64,000 nucleotides of DNA, from IMG/VR virus record IMGVR_UViG_3300042868_007959, positions 189,880 to 253,879 of that record. One strand, written 5' to 3'. The notes under the pieces were generated by a model, which worked only from the letters and a program-made list of their open reading frames with translations, had not been told where the DNA came from and did not search any database. This document shows, piece by piece, positions 56,680 through 64,000 of the stretch. Both the position numbers and the translations under genes were made by a program. The number at the start of each line of letters is the position of its first letter. Position 1 is the first letter of the stretch.

Positions 56680-58086
56680 ATGGTATACAGAACTTATATA
56701 GATAAAAATAATACAATTATTTTTGGGACAAGTATTAACACAGGAAGAAATCCCATCGTAGAGTTGTATTATGGTGGTAAAGAAACACAAACTGATTACA
56801 CAAGACATTTATTATATTTTGATGTTTCCGATTTACAGGAAAAATATAATAATGGTGAATTAGGTGATTTATCTGAAGTAACTCACATATTAAGAATGAC
56901 AAATAGTTCATTTTTTGATAAAGATTTGCAGGCACAAAAATTATTAGATGGTAAACAAAGAACATCTTCTTTTGATTTAGTACTATTTAAAATAAATCAA
57001 TTTTGGGATGAGGGTTGTGGTTATGACTATAGAGAAACAAAATATGAAAATTATAATAGTGATATTACCTTTGTTGAATCCGCAAGTAATTGGTTAAATG
57101 CAACAACAGTAAATAGTTGGTTACAACCAGGTGTATATTCAGGATCACCCACATCAATTACAATTAATACACAACATTTTGATAAGGGAAATGAGAACAT
57201 CGAAATGGACATCACTAATGAAGTTAATAAACTTATAACTGGTGGTAGTATAAATTATGGGTATGGGTTATCATTTGAAAGACCATTAGAGTTAAAAGAA
57301 ATTGTACCCTCACAGTATGTAGGATTTTTTAGTAGACACACTCAAACTTATTATGAACCATTTTTAGAAACTATATGTGATAATACTATTAGAGATGATA
57401 GAAAAAATTTCTATAGGGGTAAATTAAATAGATTATATTTTTACACTAATTTAGGTAGTGAACCTACAAATTTAGATACTAAACCTACTGTAACCGTTAA
57501 TGATAGTAATGGTACTATTATATCCGCATATACTAGTAGTGATGTTAAACAATCAGATAAGGGGGTTTATTATATTGAACTATTCGTACCTATATCAAAC
57601 ACCCAATGTGGATTATTTACCGATGTATGGTCAGATATAGTAATAGATGGTAATATACGTCCAGATGTTACATTAGAATTTGAGGTAAAAGACGATACTG
57701 AATATTATAACTTCGGAGATAGCGAATCTCTACCTATAGAATATATGGTTAATTTAAGTGGTATTATGAGGGATGAAAAAATAAAAAGAGGAGATAAAAG
57801 AAAAGTATTTGTCAATGCTAGATTACCCTATACAGTTAATGAAAGTAGTGTAATCGATGGTTTACAATATAGATTGTGGGTTAAAGAAGGTAATGCAGAA
57901 GTTAATGTAATAGATTGGTCAGATGTTAATAGAGCCTATTTAAGGAATTATTTTATTTTAGATACTTCTTGGATGATACCTAATGAATATTTTATCGATA
58001 TTAAATTAAAATCTAATCAATTGGTAAAAACCTATACTAATACTCTCAAATTTAACATTATCAATCAAGTAGATTATTCACATTAA
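56680..58086 (+). CDS. virion protein with DNRLRE-like N-terminal domain
   Basis: RHLLYFDVS..., WDEG.G, SNW...W..PG; ATATTTAT upstream. Confidence 0.45.
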   Translation: MVYRTYIDKNNTIIFGTSINTGRNPIVELYYGGKETQTDYTRHLLYFDVSDLQEKYNNGELGDLSEVTHILRMTNSSFFDKDLQAQKLLDGKQRTSSFDLVLFKINQFWDEGCGYDYRETKYENYNSDITFVESASNWLNATTVNSWLQPGVYSGSPTSITINTQHFDKGNENIEMDITNEVNKLITGGSINYGYGLSFERPLELKEIVPSQYVGFFSRHTQTYYEPFLETICDNTIRDDRKNFYRGKLNRLYFYTNLGSEPTNLDTKPTVTVNDSNGTIISAYTSSDVKQSDKGVYYIELFVPISNTQCGLFTDVWSDIVIDGNIRPDVTLEFEVKDDTEYYNFGDSESLPIEYMVNLSGIMRDEKIKRGDKRKVFVNARLPYTVNESSVIDGLQYRLWVKEGNAEVNVIDWSDVNRAYLRNYFILDTSWMIPNEYFIDIKLKSNQLVKTYTNTLKFNIINQVDYSH

Positions 58087-58919
58087 TCAGTAATATTGAT
58101 AGGTTCAATTCCTTCTGGTAATTTAAAATTAGTTTCGGACAGTTTATTTAAAACATCTTTTATAGTTAAATCAAATGTCTTAAATATATTTTCCTTTGTC
58201 ATAGGTGTAGGATATGGGACATTAAATGACATTAAATCTATTTTATCTCTGTCATTAATTTCTCCCAATACGTTAGAATATGTACTAATAACCTTAAATT
58301 CATTTTGATTTATATTTTGATATCCATTCCTATCAAATTCCCAAGGTAACCGTTCTATCTTATTACCATCCCCATCAATAGAGTAAAAATCTATTGACAC
58401 TGATAATGTTCTACTACTAATTGCGTCCATAGTAAGATAATGTCTTCTATAAGTCCCATCTATTTGATAATTTGGTAAGGATATGTACATATAAAAACCT
58501 CTAAATCCGCTACTAAGACTAACTACCCTACCTTCAATCGATTCTGCTCCCACATCTCCATCAAAATGTAAATTAACTTCGTAATTATTTTCATTTAATT
58601 TAGAAAATTCACTTGATAAAGAAGATAAATTTTCGTGAAATAATCTATAAATTGGTTCTTTTTTACGTATCGATTGATGTGGTGCAAATAATTCTCTAGC
58701 TGACCATGAAAATGTTTTGGTTAACGAATAAGCACTTTCATAATCTAAATTAAAATCCTCTATCAATTCTGCCGCAACATCCCACTGGTTAAAGTTGGTA
58801 TTACTATCCCCGTATTTTTTATACAACATCTCTAAAATTCTTTTTTCTTGTGGACTGAATTCAGATGACACATCAATTAACCTAGATTCTAAAATTACGT
58901 ATTTCTTTTTTATTCTCAT
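58083..58919 (-). CDS. hypothetical protein (VILES leader)
   Basis: 278-aa ORF downstream of the capsid gene. Confidence 0.6.
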   Translation of the reverse strand: MRIKKKYVILESRLIDVSSEFSPQEKRILEMLYKKYGDSNTNFNQWDVAAELIEDFNLDYESAYSLTKTFSWSARELFAPHQSIRKKEPIYRLFHENLSSLSSEFSKLNENNYEVNLHFDGDVGAESIEGRVVSLSSGFRGFYMYISLPNYQIDGTYRRHYLTMDAISSRTLSVSIDFYSIDGDGNKIERLPWEFDRNGYQNINQNEFKVISTYSNVLGEINDRDKIDLMSFNVPYPTPMTKENIFKTFDLTIKDVLNKLSETNFKLPEGIEPINITD

Positions 58920-58956
58920 AATTACAAATATACTAATAAATATTTTAAAAAATAAA

Positions 58957-58981
58957 AAAGGGTAGAAAAAATCTACCCTTT
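58957..58981 (-). terminator. intrinsic terminator after the major capsid gene
   Basis: AAAGGGTAGA-AAAAA-TCTACCCTTT. Confidence 0.8.
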
Positions 58982-59004
58982 AATAACTTTATTTTAAATT
59001 AAGA

Positions 59005-60762
59005 TTATCTTAATTCGTTAAGATCAAAAGTTTGAACTCCATCAACAGTTACAGTTCCGTAGAATCTGTTGTTCACCATTTTCTTAGCGTATCTCGTCAT
59101 GATACCTTTAGTTGGTGCAAAGTTAAACGGATTTTGTAATGTAGGTGTCAATTGTAGAGGTACATACGGTGCGTAAATGTATCCTGTATCTAACAATGAT
59201 TTACCTTTGTGTCCAATAATGATTGAGTTAGCTGGTGCATAAGGGTCTCTAAATACAGTATATCTACCACCTAATGAACCGATTTTCTCAATACCCATAT
59301 TGTATTGGTCTTGCTCTGGAGAAGCGTTTGATACGTGGAAGTATTCTAAATCGTCAAAAATTGCTGATACCTCAGAAGATACAACGATAAAGTTAGCTCC
59401 ACCTCTCAAAGTAGACTTATGAATTTGAGCAGATACTTGATTTACTTTTGTAATCAATGTCTGATTCCACTCTTTTTGAGTGTATGCGTTGAAACCACCA
59501 CCGTTGTTAGCTCTCTTCCAACCGTTGTAATCCCATCTCAATTGCCATGCTGCTCCTTTTCTTAAATCTCTTAAGATCTCTCTATCAATCTCAGCAGCTA
59601 CCTGCTCAGACAATAAAGCCGTAAGTTCAGCTTCAGCATCGATGTTATGGAATGCACTAACGTCTTGTGCTAATTCAGGTGACCAAGTAGCTCTTAGTTT
59701 TCTTTCTGTAACCGATACAACTACTTCATCCAATTCAAAAGATACTTCACCCATTTCTGTAGCGAATTCTAATGTTGCATATTGTGCCCAAGATACAGAT
59801 AAATTTCCCCACTGTTCTGCCGTTGTAGCTGAAGTAGCACCTACATAACCATCGAAGTTTGAAGATGTACAATTGATACAAGCTGGGTGAGTTAAATCTA
59901 ATTCGATTAATAAACATCCGTCAGGTTGACAAATATTAGTATAATCAACAATACCTCTACCATATTTTTGAGATACTAATCTGAATGGTACTACACCACC
60001 TGCAGCGATAATAGTTTTACCATCTTTATCTAAGATAGCGTCATCACTAGTTACTGTTAAAGAAGCTAAGAAAGACTCAGTATCCATTTCGTTTCCGTCT
60101 GGTCCTGTCAATCTACCTGCATTTGTAGAAGAGAAACCAGTAATACAAGCTTTAACTGTTCTAACTGAACCGTCAGCTGCTAATGGTTGATCTTCAAAAG
60201 GTGTTTCAACTTTCTCACCACTAGCGTTTAAAACAACTGGATTTAATCCACCATTATAAACTGTTCTAGTACCTTTAGATGCGTCATACAATCCGTCATT
60301 GTAGAATAAATCATAAAGATTTTTCTTTCTATACTCTGTTGTCATACCAGACGCACCATTACAATCTACAATTACACACTGAGGTAAAGAACCGTTAGTA
60401 GAGTTACCATTTAAATCAAATGCTCCGTTAGATGTTTTTGGTACAAAGAAGAATAATTTTCCGATTGGCATGTTCATCGCTTGTACTGATACGATATCGT
60501 TAGCCAATAATTTAGAGAATACTCTTCTCACAATAGGGAAAACTACTGTTTCGAATGATCCAGAAGAATCAGCCGATGTTGATTCGTTCAATAGAGCAGA
60601 CGCTTGGTTTTCATATAACTGTGCGATGTTCTCTTTGATGTGACCTTTTAAACCTTCTAAGAATCCTAATGAATTCCATTTAGAAATGGTTTTAGATCTA
60701 ATTTGTTTTAGGTGTTCTAGTCCGATATTACCGACTTCACCTGAATTTAATAAATGTCCCAT
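59005..60762 (-). CDS. gp23: major capsid protein (T4 gp23-like)
   Basis: KW...LEG, LYENQ, PIVRRVF, VSVQAMNMP.G, RKLRATWSPELAQD, EIDREI, YAPYVPL, TRYA. Confidence 0.96.
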   Translation of the reverse strand: MGHLLNSGEVGNIGLEHLKQIRSKTISKWNSLGFLEGLKGHIKENIAQLYENQASALLNESTSADSSGSFETVVFPIVRRVFSKLLANDIVSVQAMNMPIGKLFFFVPKTSNGAFDLNGNSTNGSLPQCVIVDCNGASGMTTEYRKKNLYDLFYNDGLYDASKGTRTVYNGGLNPVVLNASGEKVETPFEDQPLAADGSVRTVKACITGFSSTNAGRLTGPDGNEMDTESFLASLTVTSDDAILDKDGKTIIAAGGVVPFRLVSQKYGRGIVDYTNICQPDGCLLIELDLTHPACINCTSSNFDGYVGATSATTAEQWGNLSVSWAQYATLEFATEMGEVSFELDEVVVSVTERKLRATWSPELAQDVSAFHNIDAEAELTALLSEQVAAEIDREILRDLRKGAAWQLRWDYNGWKRANNGGGFNAYTQKEWNQTLITKVNQVSAQIHKSTLRGGANFIVVSSEVSAIFDDLEYFHVSNASPEQDQYNMGIEKIGSLGGRYTVFRDPYAPANSIIIGHKGKSLLDTGYIYAPYVPLQLTPTLQNPFNFAPTKGIMTRYAKKMVNNRFYGTVTVDGVQTFDLNELR

Positions 60763-60794
60763 TTTTTTATTTTATTTATTTTATTTGTTATTTT

Positions 60795-62102
60795 TTATGA
60801 GATTCTTCTCATTAAATCTTTAATTGCCGTAATCTGTGGATCAACATAAGCAGTTGACTCATTTAAATTAGTAGCAGTATAAGATTTTACTGTTTTGTTA
60901 ACTTTATTTTCAACAGACTCATTCATTGGTTTTTTATTATCCATTTCAGACTTTATAGTTCTATAGATATTTTTAGATTCTTTAATCGTTTCCGCATTAT
61001 CAAATCTTTTTAATATATCCATTTTTTCTTTTTTAGTTGTAGAATGTTCAGTGAACAATCTGTTAACATAAGCCAAATTGGTATTAAATAACGCAACCTC
61101 ATTAAGTTTGTCTTTAAAAATATTAAGAGCTTTTTTATATTCTTCGTTTTTACTTTTTAGCTCTTCGTATTCTTTCATTATTTTGGATTCGGAAACTGTG
61201 TTAACAATTGGTTTTCTATTGACTAAAGGTTTACGAACAGTTTTAGATTCTCTAGCCGCAAATCTAGCACCGTTGTATCTTTGTTTACCACTTGTTCTAT
61301 TATGTCTTTGCAACTTATCTTCTGAAATCTCTTCCTCGTCAATATATGCCCCTTCACCCATTGCATCATAGTCTTCATCAGTATGAAAATTTTCACCTTC
61401 ATCACCTGCTAACATCTCATACATTGGAGAATCTTCTTCTAAGTGAATTTCATAGATAGTTTCATCACCACCTTCTTCATCTTCATACATAGAACCTGAT
61501 CCACATTCAGAACAATATTCCTTTTCTTTCAAACCAAATCTATCTTCCATAGATTCCTTAATGTAATACTCTACACCAGTTTCATTATCTTTTAAATGAA
61601 TTCCACCTGCATCCTTAACTACTTCTACTTCATCATCGTCACCCAATTTGTTTTTAAACACATGAATAACTTCTTCGTCAGAAGCACCTGTTAAGTCTAA
61701 CACTTCCTCTTCGTCATCACCCATATCCATCATATCGAAATTAAGTTCTGATTCATCATCTTCTTCTTCACCAGCGTCTAAATCTAGATCAACATCTAAA
61801 TCTAAATCAACAGGTTCTTCAGAGTCTTCTTCTTCAGAGTCTAATTTTAATTCTGTTTCGGGTTCTTCGACACCTTCTTCATTGTCAAGATCTAACTCAA
61901 CTTCATCATCTTTGGATCCTTCTAAATCAATATCGTCCACTTCTTCTTCATCTTGTTCTTTTAAAGATGACTCAACGATACTCTCAATTTCTCTCGACAA
62001 GTGTGCCGAAAGCATTTCTTTCGTGTTGGCTTTTAAGGCATCCTCAATAGACTTAGCTTCTAGCAAAGCCTCTTCGATGATATTTTTCTTTTTTTCAGCC
62101 AT
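60795..62102 (-). CDS. prohead core scaffold protein (gp22-like)
   Basis: very acidic; between protease and capsid genes; LNEVALFNTNLAYVNRLF; many [ILMV]xE sites. Confidence 0.75.
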   Translation of the reverse strand: MAEKKKNIIEEALLEAKSIEDALKANTKEMLSAHLSREIESIVESSLKEQDEEEVDDIDLEGSKDDEVELDLDNEEGVEEPETELKLDSEEEDSEEPVDLDLDVDLDLDAGEEEDDESELNFDMMDMGDDEEEVLDLTGASDEEVIHVFKNKLGDDDEVEVVKDAGGIHLKDNETGVEYYIKESMEDRFGLKEKEYCSECGSGSMYEDEEGGDETIYEIHLEEDSPMYEMLAGDEGENFHTDEDYDAMGEGAYIDEEEISEDKLQRHNRTSGKQRYNGARFAARESKTVRKPLVNRKPIVNTVSESKIMKEYEELKSKNEEYKKALNIFKDKLNEVALFNTNLAYVNRLFTEHSTTKKEKMDILKRFDNAETIKESKNIYRTIKSEMDNKKPMNESVENKVNKTVKSYTATNLNESTAYVDPQITAIKDLMRRIS

Positions 62103-62161
62103 TTTGTTTTTTTTAAAATTTTATTATTTAAATTATTGTAAACGCAATTTTGCATTCTATT

Positions 62162-62169
62162 ATAAATAT
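62162..62169 (-). promoter_or_regulatory. candidate late promoter ATATTTAT for scaffold-capsid operon
   Basis: ATAAATAT on + is ATATTTAT on -, upstream of 62102. Confidence 0.6.
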
Positions 62170-62199
62170 ACTATTTTTCGAAAAAGTTTATTTTTTTTT

Positions 62200-62889
62200 T
62201 TAATCAAGTAAGAAATTTGTTAAACTATCTTTAAGATTGTCCACATTTTTTTTATTTTTTGATTCCGACATTTGTTGTTCTTTAGATGGTTCTTCACTAT
62301 AAATCCAAGACCCTGGAGTTGATGGTGACGTAACCACATCCCAACAGATTAATTCATAATCATCTTGAACTACGTTTCTACCATTTTCTTTTTCTAATGA
62401 TCCAACACCTCTAGATGATACACCAATCTTTAATCCTTTTCTTATATAGTTGGCTACTCTGTCACCCTCACAAGATATGATACCTTGATTAACAAATCCT
62501 GGTGACATTATAATTTCTAACTTACCCATCAGTACATTACCTTCCCACCATAAATCGATTACATTATGTGAAATTCTACTTACGGCAACAATAGATGATT
62601 CAGGATGATCCGCCTCACCTAATGCTCTTTTTTCTTTAATTAGTTTTAGATAGTTTTCTGCCTCTCTTCTTAGTATGGCTTCGGGATATACTCTTTCATT
62701 TTTGTTTTCTACTCCATATTTTTGTAATACGGCATAAACAACTAAGGGCTCCTCTATAATGGGTTGCCCTTGAGTTAGTTTATTTACTTCGTTAACGAAA
62801 TTTCTATTATCTTTAGGTGAAATGTAACCTGCGTCATATTCGACAAGAATACCTTTCTTTTTTACTTCATTTTTTTTTAAAATCTCCAT
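62200..62889 (-). CDS. gp21: prohead core protease (T4 gp21-like)
   Basis: NKNERVYP, ALGEADHP, SH, GVSSRGVGS, WDVVTSPS. Confidence 0.93.
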   Translation of the reverse strand: MEILKKNEVKKKGILVEYDAGYISPKDNRNFVNEVNKLTQGQPIIEEPLVVYAVLQKYGVENKNERVYPEAILRREAENYLKLIKEKRALGEADHPESSIVAVSRISHNVIDLWWEGNVLMGKLEIIMSPGFVNQGIISCEGDRVANYIRKGLKIGVSSRGVGSLEKENGRNVVQDDYELICWDVVTSPSTPGSWIYSEEPSKEQQMSESKNKKNVDNLKDSLTNFLLD

Positions 62890-62935
62890 AATAGTGATAT
62901 AGTTTTATTATAAATATATCACTATACTAAAAAAA

Positions 62936-63373
62936 TTATTTTTTGGTTTTATGGAATTTAAAAATGGAGTTATTCTCTAGGCAATTATCTATTACATTAT
63001 ATATAATGTTTTTTGTTGCCTCTATAAGTAATGGTTGATTTATTGGTAAACACTTTTTTTGGTATAGTGTTATTTCGCATGACATAAAACTTCTTTTACT
63101 GATATCAAATCCTGAAGTCCTCATATCCAAATCTACAATATATTTATCATTATGAAATAAATTTATATTGAGATTGTTATTTAAATTTTGTTTTATTTTC
63201 TTTCTTATATTACTTAAAAAAGTAGTATAATTTTGTTCTTTTTCATTTTCAATTATCTCTCCCCACGCAGTAAAGTTTAAATACAAACTTTTTGATTCTT
63301 TATTATTTACTGTCCCTATTTTAGTTTTATAGTTGTCTAATAAATCTAATTTTAATTCTTTTCCTAATTTCAT
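62936..63373 (-). CDS. hypothetical protein
   Basis: 145-aa ORF. Confidence 0.65.
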   Translation of the reverse strand: MKLGKELKLDLLDNYKTKIGTVNNKESKSLYLNFTAWGEIIENEKEQNYTTFLSNIRKKIKQNLNNNLNINLFHNDKYIVDLDMRTSGFDISKRSFMSCEITLYQKKCLPINQPLLIEATKNIIYNVIDNCLENNSIFKFHKTKK

Positions 63374-63413
63374 TAATTTTCCTTATCATATCTTGTTATT
63401 TATAATTTAATAA

Positions 63414-63442
63414 AGTATACGGAAAAATATGGGTGATGTCAA
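63414..63442 (-). promoter_or_regulatory. sigma70-consensus-like promoter
   Basis: TTGACA-N17-TATACT upstream of 62936..63373. Confidence 0.45.
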
Positions 63443-63454
63443 ATTACAATAAAA

Positions 63455-63474
63455 AAACCCTCATAAGAGGGTTT
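63455..63474 (-). terminator. intrinsic terminator
   Basis: AAACCCTC-ATAA-GAGGGTTT. Confidence 0.7.
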
Positions 63475-63479
63475 AATAT

Positions 63480-64000
63480 TTATTCGTTATCGATTGTTTC
63501 TTTTAGGTTATATAATTTGATTACATCATTATGGTAATCATCTTTTTTATATTCAGTAGTTAATAACTTATCTTTTACTTTCAATAATTTATCTTTTAAA
63601 TCTAAATCTATATTCTCATTTAATTTTTTATCTATTGAATCAATACATTCTCTCTTTAAATTATTTACGGTATTTACTTTATCTTCATTTTTACCGTTTA
63701 AAATACTTTTAATAATTTTTTTCTCCGATTCAGTAATTTCACTATATTTTTCATTAAATTTATTAACCATTATTTTAGTTAAAATACTTGGGGATATATC
63801 TATAGTATCTGTGTGTTCCGTAACTTCTGATTTAGTTACCATACGATCAACTAATCTATTAAGAGACTCATTAAAAATTTCTATGTTGGAAGGATTCTTT
63901 TTTATCGTACTTAAATATGATATATCAGAATAAAAACTATTATTTTCTTTGGTCATTTTTTTCCCTTTTAAAAGATTAGATAATATTACATTACCCTCAG
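63480..64000 (-). CDS. hypothetical protein, probably truncated by the window edge
   Basis: track ORF 63480..63956; the frame appears open to the window end. Confidence 0.55.
   Translation of the reverse strand, partial: EGNVILSNLLKGKKMTKENNSFYSDISYLSTIKKNPSNIEIFNESLNRLVDRMVTKSEVTEHTDTIDISPSILTKIMVNKFNEKYSEITESEKKIIKSILNGKNEDKVNTVNNLKRECIDSIDKKLNENIDLDLKDKLLKVKDKLLTTEYKKDDYHNDVIKLYNLKETIDNE

Noticed and set aside
2009-62211. Many short antisense or overlapping ORFs in the track (e.g. 7421..7741, 9495..9818, 29296..29772, 34807..35232, 61882..62211)
   Set aside because: They are shadows of real genes on the opposite strand or in another frame, with no independent motifs or start context.
1-64000. 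Alternative genetic code (TAG/TGA recoding as in some jumbo phages)
   Set aside because: Core genes are full length in code 11 with high coding density, and TAG and TGA both serve as real stops (for example 13658 and 13651).
1-64000. Eukaryotic giant virus (NCLDV) origin suggested by SET, SNF2, PolB and GTs
   Set aside because: The gp23 capsid, gp21 protease, contractile sheath and tube, sigma factor and bacterial promoters and terminators indicate a tailed bacteriophage.
1-64000. tRNA or structured ncRNA genes
   Set aside because: Intergenic gaps are short and AT-rich, and no cloverleaf or T-loop motif was recognised by eye; tRNAscan/Infernal were not run.

Overview
This window is about 64 kb of a very AT-rich, T4-like (myovirus) jumbo-phage genome in the standard genetic code. 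It is probably from a phage of Bacteroidota: there are TTTG-N19/20-TAnnTTTG host promoters, A-rich translation starts mostly without Shine-Dalgarno sites, and an LTSC lipobox. It carries head genes (prohead protease, scaffold, major capsid), neck and tail genes (gp13/14/15-like, sheath, tube), several fibre and baseplate genes including a 1714-aa SHAEG-repeat fibre with a peptidase G2 chaperone, PolB, an SNF2 helicase, dUTPase, PhoH, a SET protein, a gp55-like late sigma factor, and a cluster of about 8 glycosyltransferases plus a methyltransferase. Four patterns go beyond routine annotation. (1) Many unrelated late proteins share an N-terminal '[IL]xE..[LI].R[IM]..L' leader ending in prohead-protease-type [ILMV]-x-E sites, suggesting a capsid-targeting system that loads diverse effectors (zincin+HAD, pre-toxin-like, OmpA-like, WYL) into the head. 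(2) An [ST]-[GA]-x-[TS] motif is concentrated in probable surface regions of virion proteins and is a candidate sequon for the phage's own glycosyltransferases. (3) A duplicated promoter/operator/RHH-repressor unit forms direct repeats around a tail-fibre cassette. (4) A strand-specific late-promoter candidate ATATTTAT is the reverse complement of the T4 late promoter. All assignments come from motif recognition by eye; no searches were run.
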